Of a stretch of DNA of 64,000 nucleotides, positions 8,151 to 18,418 are shown piece after piece. Made by a program: the position numbers and the translations under genes. The stretch is from a virus, in IMG/VR virus record IMGVR_UViG_3300045988_125079, positions 1 to 64,000 of that record; one strand, given 5' to 3'. Below the pieces are notes generated by a model. That model was not told where the DNA came from, ran no database searches, and saw only the letters and a program-made list of their open reading frames with translations. Positions within the stretch are counted from its first letter, which is position 1. Every line of letters starts with the position of its first letter.

Positions 8151-10352
8151 TTAATTATCGCTTAAATGAACTACTCGATCTCGAATCTCCTGCGTGCGCC
8201 CTTGGTTCCAGAAATTACTTCCGATGTATCCGCAGGTGCGTCGCGCGACATTCATTTTGTTTTGGTCACGATTACCACAGTTAGGACATTCCCATACAAG
8301 TCGGTGTGTTGTTTCATCCTCCACGATCTTGATCTCGCCGTCATAGCCGCAGACCTGACAGTAATCGGATTTGGTGTTCAGCTCCGCATACATGATGTTG
8401 TCATAGATGAACTGCAGCACACTTATGACGGCTTCCAGATTGTCCTGCATGTTGGGCACTTCCACATAGCTGATGGCACCGCCCGGAGACAGCTTCTGGA
8501 ACTCGGCCTCGAATTTCAGTTTGGTAAAGGCGTCGATGGGCTCTGTCACATGGACATGATAGCTGTTGGTGATATAGTTCTTGTCGGTGATGCCGGGCAC
8601 GATGCCGAAGCGCTTCTGCAGGCACTTGGCGAACTTGTAGGTGGTGGATTCCAGCGGGGTGCCATAGAGGGAGTAGTCGATGTTCTCGGCCTTTTTCCAG
8701 GCGTTGCACTTGTCGTTCATGTGCTGCATCACGCTCAGAGCAAAGGGCTTTGCACCGGCATCGGTGTGGCTCTTGCCGGTCATATACTTCACGCACTCAT
8801 ACAGACCGGCATAGCCCAGACTGATGGTGGAGTAGCCGCCGAACAGCAGCTTGTCGATCTTTTCGCCCTTCTTCAGTCGGGCCAGTGCGCCGTGCTGCCA
8901 ATGAATAGGGCTCATATCAGAAATGGTACCGAGCAACCGTTTATGACGAGCCTGCAATGCGCGATGGCAGATATCCAGTCGTTCATCAAAGATTTTCCAG
9001 AATGCGTTCATATCCCTACCAGAGCTACATGCCACGTCCACCAAATTGATGGTGACAACACCCTGATTGAACCGACCGTAGTATTTCTGACCCTTGACCC
9101 AGTTTCCTGCATTTGCTACATTTTCAGTAGTTCGATCAGGAGTAAGGAACGAACGGCACCCCATACTTGTCCACACACCGCCTTTGAGCTCCTTCATAAC
9201 CTTCGCAGAAATATAATCAGGAACCATACGTTTTGCGGTACACTGCGCTGCCAACTCAGTCAAGTGATAATATTTAGAATCTGGATGGATATTATCCTCA
9301 TCAAGAACATAAATCAGCTTCGGGAATGCAGGAGTAACATACACACCAACTTCATTTTTGACACCTTTGATACGCTGTTTTAACATCTCTTCGACAATAA
9401 CAGCCAAGTCATCACGAGTCTGACCTGCAGGAACCTCGTCCAGATACATAAACACAGTGATAAAAGGAGCCTGACCGTTAGTAGTCATAAGGGTGATAAC
9501 CTGATACTGAATTGTCTGGACACCACGAGAAATCTCAGCCCTTAGACGACGATTTACAATACGGTCGATAGCTTCCTGCGATGGCATTTTCTTGATATCA
9601 TCATTCTGAAGCATCTCATAGAACTCAGTGTGAACTTCGTTTGCAATCTTCTTACGTGAAATATCCACAAAAGGAGCTAAATGAGATAGTGTAATGCTCT
9701 GGCCGCCGTACTGGTTGGATGCCACCTGTGCAATGATCTGGGTGGCGATGTTGCAGGCGGTGGAGAAGCTGTGGGGTTTATCAATGCCAGTGCCGGAAAT
9801 GACGGTGCCGTTCTGCAGCATGTCCTCCAGATTCACTAGATCGCAGTTGTGCATGTGCTGGGCAAAATAATCTGCATCATGAAAGTGAATCAAACCATCT
9901 TCATGGGCCTTGACGATCTCCGGGTCAAGCAGCAGACGGGCGGTCAAATCTTTGGATACTTCACCAGCCATGTAGTCGCGCTGTACGCTGTTCACGGTGG
10001 GGTTCTTGTTACTGTTTTCCTGGTTGATAGCGTCATTTTTTGCATCGATGATTTCAAGAATAGTGGCGTTTGTTTTTTCTTTTTCGCGGATCTCCTGGCG
10101 AAGCTTTCGCCAATGACTATATGCTTCAGCGACATCTGTAAACGGACTGTTTTTTAACTGCTCGACAACAATATCCTGAATCTGTTCAACAGAGAGCGTG
10201 TCTTTAATGCCTGCAATACGGTCAGCGATAGCATGAGAAACACGAGAATCAATACCGCCGCGAGTAGCAGTCATTGCCTTTTCGATAGCGTTTACAATTT
10301 TATCTTTATCGAATAAAGCTTTTGCTCCGTTTCGCTTAATAACATATTCCAT
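8151..10352 (-). CDS. nrdD: anaerobic ribonucleoside-triphosphate reductase (class III)
   Basis: N-terminal ATP-cone (VIKRNGAKALFDKDKIV). C-terminal Zn site (CQVCGY...CPNCG). Glycyl-radical motif RRTCGYIGS. Confidence 0.95.
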   Translation of the reverse strand: MEYVIKRNGAKALFDKDKIVNAIEKAMTATRGGIDSRVSHAIADRIAGIKDTLSVEQIQDIVVEQLKNSPFTDVAEAYSHWRKLRQEIREKEKTNATILEIIDAKNDAINQENSNKNPTVNSVQRDYMAGEVSKDLTARLLLDPEIVKAHEDGLIHFHDADYFAQHMHNCDLVNLEDMLQNGTVISGTGIDKPHSFSTACNIATQIIAQVASNQYGGQSITLSHLAPFVDISRKKIANEVHTEFYEMLQNDDIKKMPSQEAIDRIVNRRLRAEISRGVQTIQYQVITLMTTNGQAPFITVFMYLDEVPAGQTRDDLAVIVEEMLKQRIKGVKNEVGVYVTPAFPKLIYVLDEDNIHPDSKYYHLTELAAQCTAKRMVPDYISAKVMKELKGGVWTSMGCRSFLTPDRTTENVANAGNWVKGQKYYGRFNQGVVTINLVDVACSSGRDMNAFWKIFDERLDICHRALQARHKRLLGTISDMSPIHWQHGALARLKKGEKIDKLLFGGYSTISLGYAGLYECVKYMTGKSHTDAGAKPFALSVMQHMNDKCNAWKKAENIDYSLYGTPLESTTYKFAKCLQKRFGIVPGITDKNYITNSYHVHVTEPIDAFTKLKFEAEFQKLSPGGAISYVEVPNMQDNLEAVISVLQFIYDNIMYAELNTKSDYCQVCGYDGEIKIVEDETTHRLVWECPNCGNRDQNKMNVARRTCGYIGSNFWNQGRTQEIRDRVVHLSDN

Positions 10353-10369
10353 AAGGCATTACCTCCTTA

Positions 10370-11308
10370 TCAATAATAGTGCTGGGCGCTCATCATGTTA
10401 GCAGCATAATTTTCATACCAATATGCCTTTTCCATGTCCTGCTCTGCACTCACATCTGGCTTGTTACCCAAACGGAAGCGATACTTGTAGGCGTTGCAGA
10501 TACAGAACCAGCGAACAGCATCATCACCATACAGTTTACGCATATTCTCGATGCATTCAGTTCCATTATAATGAGCGGGGCCATTTACATACTCATACTG
10601 CTGTGCTTTTGGCTGCTCTGCAGACGTCTCATCCTCTTCACGCTCATCGATGCCGGCATAATCACAGCTCTCACAATCATTATCACACTCATCCTCAGTG
10701 TCTTCATCTTCCGACTCATCCTCGTCATAATGGCAAATACAATTGCCATTATTGGTCATTTCGCCACACTCGCACTCGCTGCAGTTATGATCACATTCAG
10801 CATCATCCATGTCGATCTCCTGCAGACTAATAGAATAAGCCAGATCATTCGGTCCAAGTAAATCAATATCTTCAATACCAAAATCATGGCCCAACGCACG
10901 AAGCATATCAAAATCCATATTTGTCAGATTAGTATAGTTCAGACGACCAATGCGGTGACCGCGCTCATCCTTTTCCCCAGTATCAAGAACTTCAACACAA
11001 TTTTTGGGAGTTTCACTTTCTTCGTCTTCATTTTGGGTACTAATGATAGATTCATATAGATCATAATGGTCCTTATAGATATCAGCTAACAGATTGTACC
11101 ATACGGGGCTTTCGTCACGAATGCTCCATTCAATAACATCTTCAGTCCATTCATTTTTGCCAAGAATCTTCATGGCTTTTTCATTCAGATCGTGATAAGA
11201 TTTACATGCAGCTAAAACCAGCGGAACGGCCATTTTATCAGTGTGATAAATCAACCGTAAAAATCCATTTTCCATAATGACATCGCAATTTTCAACATTA
11301 AACTTCAT
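10370..11308 (-). CDS. acidic Cys-rich protein with DUF3310-like C-terminal domain
   Basis: C-terminus PAHYNGTECIENMRKLYG...FCICNAYKYRFRLGNK...DMEKAYWY resembles the phage DUF3310 motif as I recall it. The middle is D/E/C-rich. Confidence 0.5.
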   Translation of the reverse strand: MKFNVENCDVIMENGFLRLIYHTDKMAVPLVLAACKSYHDLNEKAMKILGKNEWTEDVIEWSIRDESPVWYNLLADIYKDHYDLYESIISTQNEDEESETPKNCVEVLDTGEKDERGHRIGRLNYTNLTNMDFDMLRALGHDFGIEDIDLLGPNDLAYSISLQEIDMDDAECDHNCSECECGEMTNNGNCICHYDEDESEDEDTEDECDNDCESCDYAGIDEREEDETSAEQPKAQQYEYVNGPAHYNGTECIENMRKLYGDDAVRWFCICNAYKYRFRLGNKPDVSAEQDMEKAYWYENYAANMMSAQHYY

Positions 11309-11320
11309 ATGTACTCTCCT

Positions 11321-12010
11321 TTACTTCTCGACTGGTTTATATACATCTGCCAGCTTCGGGTGACGGCCACAGCAACGGCTACCTTCAGGACAGAACGGAT
11401 ACTTCGGATTAGCCTCACAGGAAGGAACCATCCACGCGGCCAACTCAGGACATACAGTGGCAACCTGTTCCTTAATAGCCATGAACATGGACCGAATTTC
11501 AGCTTGAGCACGGGTACATAGCCGTAAGTGACTCATCTCGATCAACGACCGCGCATTGATTGTGACATAGAACTTAGTGCAGCACGCATTCGGCAGAACA
11601 GCGCGAGCATCCTCGTTGGCTGCATTATGATATTTTTTTAGGATATAATAATCAGCTGCGATACTTCCCATCATATCTTTAAAAACATCTGCATCTTCAT
11701 CGCTGAACGGATTCACATAATCAAAGTTGTCCATAGCTACATATCTTTGTGACTGCACGCTCAAGCTGATGTGACGATGCCGACTTAACTGGGCCAGAAG
11801 CGCACGGCTCACACCGGTTACACAGAACGTAAACGAGATGTGTTCAAGCACAGAAACGTGATTCGTCGCCTTACATCCCCTTACGATTCGATAGTTTTCA
11901 GTCGGCTGAGAATCATAACAGACACTCGCTGCCAATTCTGCGATAGACAAAGGATTTTTATCTCCATCCTTTTTTACCGGCTGTGAATACGCTACTAGTT
12001 CGACTTTCAT
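11321..12010 (-). CDS. thyX: flavin-dependent thymidylate synthase
   Basis: RHRHISLSVQSQRY is the ThyX signature RHRxxSxxxxSxRY. Confidence 0.9.
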   Translation of the reverse strand: MKVELVAYSQPVKKDGDKNPLSIAELAASVCYDSQPTENYRIVRGCKATNHVSVLEHISFTFCVTGVSRALLAQLSRHRHISLSVQSQRYVAMDNFDYVNPFSDEDADVFKDMMGSIAADYYILKKYHNAANEDARAVLPNACCTKFYVTINARSLIEMSHLRLCTRAQAEIRSMFMAIKEQVATVCPELAAWMVPSCEANPKYPFCPEGSRCCGRHPKLADVYKPVEK

Positions 12011-12200
12011 TTACTGTCCCCTCCCTAATAAAATCATCTACCGTTTTCTCCCCTGTTAGCACTTGCTTCATCTGTTCTGGGGATAATTTATATGTAATAA
12101 CATCGCCACATTCATAATCGTATCGTTTTAATTGACGATAATATTCTGCTACAGCTCGTTCTTTACGTCCGAGTTCTCTCTGATCAATTCCTGAAAACAC
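11958..12200 (-). CDS. hypothetical protein
   Basis: Co-directional ORF. No motif recognised. Confidence 0.4.
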   Translation of the reverse strand: MFSGIDQRELGRKERAVAEYYRQLKRYDYECGDVITYKLSPEQMKQVLTGEKTVDDFIREGTVNESRTSSVFTAGKKGWR

Positions 12201-12220
12201 AGGAACCTCACCTCCCTCCC

Positions 12221-12418
12221 TTATTCTGAATTTACCTTTTCTATTTCAATCTCATACTGATATTTTCCATTTTTAGGAAATGCTATACTAGTTCCGCATG
12301 CCCAAAGGAAATAAAAATCATCAATCTCGCCAACAATTTCTGCCTTCTGAGAATAGCGGAGCTTCCAACATAATCCTTCATCGGGGTTCTTTATTTTTAG
12401 ATATCGGCGTATCCACAT
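12221..12418 (-). CDS. hypothetical protein
   Basis: Co-directional ORF. Confidence 0.35.
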   Translation of the reverse strand: MWIRRYLKIKNPDEGLCWKLRYSQKAEIVGEIDDFYFLWACGTSIAFPKNGKYQYEIEIEKVNSE

Positions 12419-12584
12419 AACGTGCCCTCATCAATATTTCTGAGAGAGCTTCTTCAGCGTTTCGGAGATTATCAATTGCACAATCGATAAACTCAGGCTC
12501 ACAAAACTCAAAGTGATTCCAAGCAATTTCAAGTTCTTTGAGATCTCCTTTAAATCCACTTTTGATTCGTTCTTCATGACTCAT
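12378..12584 (-). CDS. hypothetical protein
   Basis: Co-directional ORF. Confidence 0.35.
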   Translation of the reverse strand: MSHEERIKSGFKGDLKELEIAWNHFEFCEPEFIDCAIDNLRNAEEALSEILMRARYVDTPISKNKEPR

Positions 12585-12816
12585 ACACCGTTCCTTTCAG
12601 TACCTCGAAATATGGATTGCCATCTCGTTTTTCCAGCTGAGTCAATTGGCCATCGTCGGCCACAGAATAAAGTCGGAAATTTTTATAAATCTTATCGCCT
12701 TTGATCGTAGCTAGAGACGTGATGATGTAGTTTATATTGTGTTCTTCTGTGCCATCCGTAAGTTGAACTTCAAGTCGTTCTTTCTTTGGGATAGCCAGTT
12801 TTCGGAAGTCATTCAT
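12574..12816 (-). CDS. hypothetical protein
   Basis: Co-directional ORF. Confidence 0.4.
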   Translation of the reverse strand: MNDFRKLAIPKKERLEVQLTDGTEEHNINYIITSLATIKGDKIYKNFRLYSVADDGQLTQLEKRDGNPYFEVLKGTVYES

Positions 12817-13196
12817 GCAATTCCTTCCCGTTCAGCTTTCCACTGAGCATACTTATCATAAGCAATCTTCTGAGCAAGCTCTTTGTTTTCAGCGGTAACA
12901 TAAATAGTCCATGTCATACCCTCATTGAAAAGAGTGTCCTCAAAATAATCAGGTTTCCACTCCCCGTCTTTAATATCTTCGATGTCTCTGTCAGAATGGC
13001 ATACGATCCAATCCCCATTTTTTTCGTAGTGATAAACCTTCCAGATCCCAATCGGATTTATAATACTATCCTCATACTCTTCGACATCACCGTCGTAGGC
13101 CGCAGCGATTCTTTCTGCTTTTTCTTTATCTTCAGTGATAGTAATAATCCGATAATCCGAATATTCACCTTGGGTCACTGCATAATAAGTTTTCAT
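12813..13196 (-). CDS. hypothetical protein
   Basis: Co-directional 127-aa ORF. Confidence 0.45.
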   Translation of the reverse strand: MKTYYAVTQGEYSDYRIITITEDKEKAERIAAAYDGDVEEYEDSIINPIGIWKVYHYEKNGDWIVCHSDRDIEDIKDGEWKPDYFEDTLFNEGMTWTIYVTAENKELAQKIAYDKYAQWKAEREGIA

Positions 13197-13206
13197 ATCT
13201 GCTCCT

Positions 13207-14577
13207 TTAGCCGTAACTCACTTCGTTCTTATCGTCTCGGAATCGTACAAACGTCGGGAATTGCAGAGACTCAAGGCCGGTCTTTTTGTCCATCGTAACC
13301 TCTTTGTACTTTAATTCGACGATGCGTCCGATATAATCACCCGGATTCGCCCACACGGTAGCTCTTGTAGCATCATCAAAACCGGAACCAACACGAAGCT
13401 CGTTGTCCTTGTAGCCAACAACCAGAGCACCCATCGTACCAGCCAGGCGGTTCTGACCTTCTTCAATCGCGGTGATTCGCAGATCAACAGTATAAAAACG
13501 CTTGATTTTAAGACAGCCAGTGTGACGCGCCCGCTTATAAGGAACCGATGTATTAAGCATGAGCCCTTCCCAATCATGTTTGACTGCATAATCGAGCCAC
13601 TGAGGAATCTCATTTTGATCAGTTCCTTCATATACCATCGGCACAACCTCGATATTTTTAAGTCCTTTCTGCTCGATCATAGCAGCTAAACCTTCAAGCC
13701 ACTTGCGACGAAGCTTATATGGAGTGACAAAAGAACCATCTTCATAAGGGATGTTGCCTTTACCATTCTCAAATTCATCAGTGGGAATCAAATCAAACAC
13801 CACAAATTTGATCTGGCTTTTGTCTCCATCCGAATTCAGAATGCCCGTACCAACCCGGAATGCTTCTCCATCCGACAAACCCTCGTCATTGCGATAAACA
13901 AGCTCACCATCGTAGACGTATTCATCAATCAGCGATTCATCGCCAAGCTCATTGATGATGTCATCCTTAATATGATCGAGGCCGGTAAACTCCTTACCTT
14001 GACGAGAAATGAACTTGCCACGGTAGAAGGTGCCACGGTTCCCGTTGATTTTACGGCTCAGACTAAACCACGTATTCGGTTTAAGATTTACTTTATCAAT
14101 CGGATATCCTTGCTGAACTTCCCAAACTGGAATGACCACTTTGCCAAAAATCTTATTGACTGTAGCAGCCTCGATGCCGAGCGGCAGATTCTTTGTGAAC
14201 ACCCGCATAAGGAAGTCTTTGTGTGAAGCATTCCAATAGATGTAACTAACTGCCATTGAGATATCTTCGTCTGCTCCGGTGTTGTGCTCTGCGAGATACA
14301 GGCAAATGTCTTGGAAAGTGTGCGGCATATCGTCACGGATAAGTACCTTCTTGTTGATCTTCGCCTTAGAAATTCCTGTTGTGATCTGCGGATCGAGAAT
14401 AAAATCAAGGAAGAAAAATAACGGATTCTCACCGATCTCGTTCTTTGCATCCAACAGGATTGTTGCCTTATCGGTCTTTTTTGTGGCCTTCTGGAGCTTT
14501 TGGGTCAGTGTTTCTAGCTTGTCCAACAGCACACCGTCCAGAATCAGCTCTCCTTCGAAATCAAGTGATGATGTCAT
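13207..14577 (-). CDS. ATP-dependent DNA ligase
   Basis: Motif I variant SRKINGNRG, then YDGELVY, FVVFDL, WEGLMLN and LKIKRF. OB-domain tail ends FPTFVRFRDDK. Confidence 0.85.
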   Translation of the reverse strand: MTSSLDFEGELILDGVLLDKLETLTQKLQKATKKTDKATILLDAKNEIGENPLFFFLDFILDPQITTGISKAKINKKVLIRDDMPHTFQDICLYLAEHNTGADEDISMAVSYIYWNASHKDFLMRVFTKNLPLGIEAATVNKIFGKVVIPVWEVQQGYPIDKVNLKPNTWFSLSRKINGNRGTFYRGKFISRQGKEFTGLDHIKDDIINELGDESLIDEYVYDGELVYRNDEGLSDGEAFRVGTGILNSDGDKSQIKFVVFDLIPTDEFENGKGNIPYEDGSFVTPYKLRRKWLEGLAAMIEQKGLKNIEVVPMVYEGTDQNEIPQWLDYAVKHDWEGLMLNTSVPYKRARHTGCLKIKRFYTVDLRITAIEEGQNRLAGTMGALVVGYKDNELRVGSGFDDATRATVWANPGDYIGRIVELKYKEVTMDKKTGLESLQFPTFVRFRDDKNEVSYG

Positions 14578-15130
14578 CTTCAGTCCCCTTTCTTATTCGT
14601 TTTGGCTTTTGCGGTAGTTCATAATGGGTCAGCGCTTCACGCATTTCGTGGAGAAGAAACGTATGGATCAACCATGATGTAGTATCTGGCTCACAGAAGA
14701 TAATCTGGCAGTTATATCGAGCAAGCTATGTGGTGAGACTGCCCAGCAGTGAAGCGGGTGTCATTTTACTGCGATATGCACCGCGATTGATCTTTTCCCA
14801 TGAACCGTTTTCAATGAGTATGTAAGTTTTTGCTCCGGCCGCTGCCGCCCTGTCGAACTCTTTAGCGAACCGAATTCGATTCGTTGTGAAGTTACCACAG
14901 ATCTCAGTTAAATCAGCCTTACGTTCAATGGTCACCTTGTCTGCTAGTGAGAATTTTTCTCCATTTGGCAGTGTTACTTCAGCACTATAATCACCGAAGT
15001 TCAATCGCTTACGCATATAAGCACACGGAAACGAATTGAGTCGCTGATGCAGAAGTGGAGTATCCTTTTCGCGGTCATCCACAATAATCACCATTGACTT
15101 GAGAATTTGAGTGATTTCGTTATATGTCAT
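14561..15130 (-). CDS. ERCC4 (XPF/Mus81)-type nuclease with an in-frame TAG at 14726-14728 (recoded, or a nonsense pseudogene)
   Basis: GDYS...IERKADLTE is the GDxn-ERKxxxD nuclease motif. After the TAG the frame stays open for 54 more codons (LARYNCQIIFCEPDTTSWLIHTFLL...). It ends at a TGA that overlaps the ligase start. Confidence 0.6.
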
Positions 15131-15157
15131 TCATTCACCTTCTTTCAAAGCACCACG

Positions 15158-18100
15158 TCATCTAACGTGTACGTATTTACGAAGAATCGTTTCTTTGTCG
15201 GTCTTAGATTGAATCCACTGACCTTGCTCGTCTTTTGACCAACGGCCTTCTTCTCGTTCTTCGTCGATTCGAAGGATGTCACCTTTTTCGATCGGAGCGG
15301 CCTCAAGAGTACGGGCTTTCACCTTAAGCCGGCGCTGTTGACCGGTTTTAAGAACATAAGCCGTAACCGTTTTGTTGGAGAACTTGCCGTCGATATCCAA
15401 AACATAGACATAAGAATCCTTGAGCTTTGGCATTGTAAGCTGAATGTAACCTAAATGGTCACCCTCATACTTAATTCGATCCTTGATAGAAGTCTTGATT
15501 GGATTTTCATGCTCACAGATGTATCGAATCACATCCAGCCAATCTACATTGACATATTTCTTCTCGGTCTCTTTCTCGCAGAGCGTGAGCATTGTATCGT
15601 GCGGAATGTAAGCATCAAGAGTAATCTTGTTGAGCTGCTTTGCACCAAAATACTTATTGAAGATTTCGACCTGCCACAGAAGATTATTCGGAGATTCGTC
15701 AAACTCAGAGAAAAAATTGAGCTTGATAAGGATTTCCAATTGCCGACTGTCTGCGATTTTTCTTTTTTGGTTCATCAACAACAAGTCAATGAAAGAATCG
15801 AATTTATTGTTGCGGAGCTTATAAAACTCACGACTGAGCCGCTTGTTCAAATATTTGATAGACTCCATTCCCTGATAGATTTTCTTATCTGTCTTATCGT
15901 AGACATATTCATCCCGGGAATGGCGGAACTTGATCGGCATGATCTGGATGCCACGTTCATTCGCAAGCTTGGTCGCATTGACGATTTTTTCTTGCGTGTC
16001 CGCAGTGTTCAGAAGCGCTGTTACAAATTCGTGAGTGTAGTAATAACGATAATACGCACAATAATATGTAAGAATCGAGTACCCTGTAGCATGGTTCAAA
16101 CCAAACTGATAAGAAGCCGAATTTTCAATAACCTGCAAGAATTCTTTTGCTTCTGTCTCAGCCGTTTCTATTGGTTTCGTTGAGTGATTACAATAACCAT
16201 TCAGGATACGGGGCATTGCCGCATCCAACTCCGCCTTGTTCTTATGACCGATTGCACGACGAACACTATCTGCATCACCGCCGCTCATATCACAGAACTG
16301 TTGGAGGAATGCAATAGTCTGTTCCTGAAAGACAAGCCAACCCAAGCTATCTTTTAACAGCTCGTCGATTTCAGGTGATGGGTTGTGATTTGCTTCGTGC
16401 CGGAAGAGCTTATCTCTGTAAGAAGCACCGCCGGGTCGAATAGCTGCTGTGACCAAGCTCAAATCTGCAATGCTGTGAACATCATATTTTTTGAGCGAAT
16501 CAAAAGCGAAGTCTTCAACGAACTGGAAAATACCAACTGGAGACGTTTTCATATCAGCCCAAACCTTCTGGTCATCGAAGTTCATCTCCCAGGTGTGTGG
16601 GTACGGAATATCAGCCAGCTTACAGGTCTTATCAATAACAGACACTGTATCAAGACCGAGGATATCGTACTTTGCCAGACCGACTGCATGAGACGCTTCC
16701 ATGTCAAGACACAGAATAGGCAGATCGTCTTTATCTTGGAAGACACCATACCTTTTATAGAGGTCGATTGGAGCGATGATAACGCCAGCCGGATGATGAG
16801 ACAGCGACACAATTGTTCCCTGCAATCCATCAAAGTAGTAGAAGATATCAGGATAGTCTGCACGACACTTTTCAGCATTTGCATCGTATTCCTTTTTCAC
16901 TTTTGCGATTCGATCAAGGGAATAAGGATTCTTGGATTCATCTACATCTGGGTTTTCTCGCTTCCAGACTTTAGCAAGGGCTCGTCCAATCTCGTCGATT
17001 GTCGCCTTCCCTGCCAGAGTGCCCATAGCCAGAACGTATGCACATTTTTCGCGACCAAACGATTCAAAAATGTGGTTATAAATCATGGGGCGATAAGCAT
17101 CCGGCACATCGATATCAATATCACCAATCTCAACACGGTTTTCATTACAGAATCGTGAGAACACTAGATTCCAGCGAGCCGGGTCAACATCGATAATGTC
17201 TGTGACGAATGCACACCGAGAACCTGCAACGGAACCACGACTCGGTCCGAATGGGATGCCTTCATTTTTACCCCAGATCATTAAGTCGCTCATAGAAAGC
17301 ATAAAGCCTAGCATGTTGGTTTTCTTGAAGACCGTAAGCTCTTCTTCTACATCCGCTCTAAACTGTGCGACTTCATGTTCAGGAATGATACCTCGATGAA
17401 TTTTGTCGTTCAGCATATCATGGGCACGTTTGATATAAACCCTGGCATCTGATTCAGAGGTTCCGGTCAAAATGGGATACCGCGCCTTTGTGCTTAGAGT
17501 GAAATCATTGACACTATCGGCCATCCGATTCGTATTCTCAATTGCTTCCATCCAGACTTCACGAGGGAGCGCATCTTGCACAGTGAACGCATTGACCAGT
17601 TCATTATAAGATTTGAAGGTTAAATCAAATTCGTCCTCGCCAGTGAACTCGATTCCCTTGCCCATCATAAGGATCTTGCGGCACTCTGCTTTATACGCAT
17701 TCAGACTGTGGGTGTCAGTTGCAGCAATCAGTGGCTTGTGATATTTCTTAGAAAGCTCCCAGAGATACTGGTTATATTCCTTTTGATCGTCACAATCGTG
17801 ATATTGAATCTCATAATAATCATAGGTCTCGCATAGTTTGTCATAGACTTCCTGACGAAATCCATCACATTCTGACGTGTATTTACGAAGTGGACTTGCC
17901 AGACAGGCAGAGATTTTGATAATGTTATCAGACAAACCAAAGAACTCTTCAAAAGTAATGCGCGGCTTATAATACTTGTGGTCAGCATCATAAGATGTAC
18001 CCATTACTTTGTTTAGCTCCAGAACACCACGAGCATTTTTGCAAAGAAGAATCGTATGGAAGTTGTCGCGAACTTTATAGCGCCCGGCATCCATCATTTT

Positions 18101-18409
18101 ACCGATTTCCTCTTGCGCTTCCTGCGGGTCCCATCCCTGATAAGATTCATAAACCTCGTCTGGAATCTCTGGATAGTGATATATCTCAGAAGTAAGATAC
18201 ACCTCGCAACCAACGATAAACTTCAACCCCTTCTTTTCTGCGTACTGTTTCTTTTCAGTCCAGTTAAGGTTGTAACCATGGTTGGTAGAAGCAATCGCTT
18301 TCATCCCGTAAGAAGCAGCGAGATCAACATAGTCTTCCCATTTTGTACAAGAATCAAGGAGCGAACCTTTATCGTCGTGCAAATGGTATACAACATAGTT
18401 TTGCTCCAT
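15158..18409 (-). CDS. dnaE: DNA polymerase III alpha-subunit-like replicative polymerase (PHP + pol domains)
   Basis: N-terminal PHP (VYHLHDDKGSLLDS, STNHG). PSRGSVAGS finger motif. KYDILGLDT. 1083 aa. Confidence 0.9.
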   Translation of the reverse strand: MEQNYVVYHLHDDKGSLLDSCTKWEDYVDLAASYGMKAIASTNHGYNLNWTEKKQYAEKKGLKFIVGCEVYLTSEIYHYPEIPDEVYESYQGWDPQEAQEEIGKMMDAGRYKVRDNFHTILLCKNARGVLELNKVMGTSYDADHKYYKPRITFEEFFGLSDNIIKISACLASPLRKYTSECDGFRQEVYDKLCETYDYYEIQYHDCDDQKEYNQYLWELSKKYHKPLIAATDTHSLNAYKAECRKILMMGKGIEFTGEDEFDLTFKSYNELVNAFTVQDALPREVWMEAIENTNRMADSVNDFTLSTKARYPILTGTSESDARVYIKRAHDMLNDKIHRGIIPEHEVAQFRADVEEELTVFKKTNMLGFMLSMSDLMIWGKNEGIPFGPSRGSVAGSRCAFVTDIIDVDPARWNLVFSRFCNENRVEIGDIDIDVPDAYRPMIYNHIFESFGREKCAYVLAMGTLAGKATIDEIGRALAKVWKRENPDVDESKNPYSLDRIAKVKKEYDANAEKCRADYPDIFYYFDGLQGTIVSLSHHPAGVIIAPIDLYKRYGVFQDKDDLPILCLDMEASHAVGLAKYDILGLDTVSVIDKTCKLADIPYPHTWEMNFDDQKVWADMKTSPVGIFQFVEDFAFDSLKKYDVHSIADLSLVTAAIRPGGASYRDKLFRHEANHNPSPEIDELLKDSLGWLVFQEQTIAFLQQFCDMSGGDADSVRRAIGHKNKAELDAAMPRILNGYCNHSTKPIETAETEAKEFLQVIENSASYQFGLNHATGYSILTYYCAYYRYYYTHEFVTALLNTADTQEKIVNATKLANERGIQIMPIKFRHSRDEYVYDKTDKKIYQGMESIKYLNKRLSREFYKLRNNKFDSFIDLLLMNQKRKIADSRQLEILIKLNFFSEFDESPNNLLWQVEIFNKYFGAKQLNKITLDAYIPHDTMLTLCEKETEKKYVNVDWLDVIRYICEHENPIKTSIKDRIKYEGDHLGYIQLTMPKLKDSYVYVLDIDGKFSNKTVTAYVLKTGQQRRLKVKARTLEAAPIEKGDILRIDEEREEGRWSKDEQGQWIQSKTDKETILRKYVHVR

Positions 18410-18418
18410 GAATCCTCC

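Noticed and set aside
8166-9383. 405-aa plus-strand ORF antisense to nrdD
   Set aside because: It lies entirely inside a gene with unmistakable NrdD motifs. Its product is low-complexity (H/V/G/L-rich) with no RBS context. It is explained by the G/C-ending codon bias of that nrdD segment.
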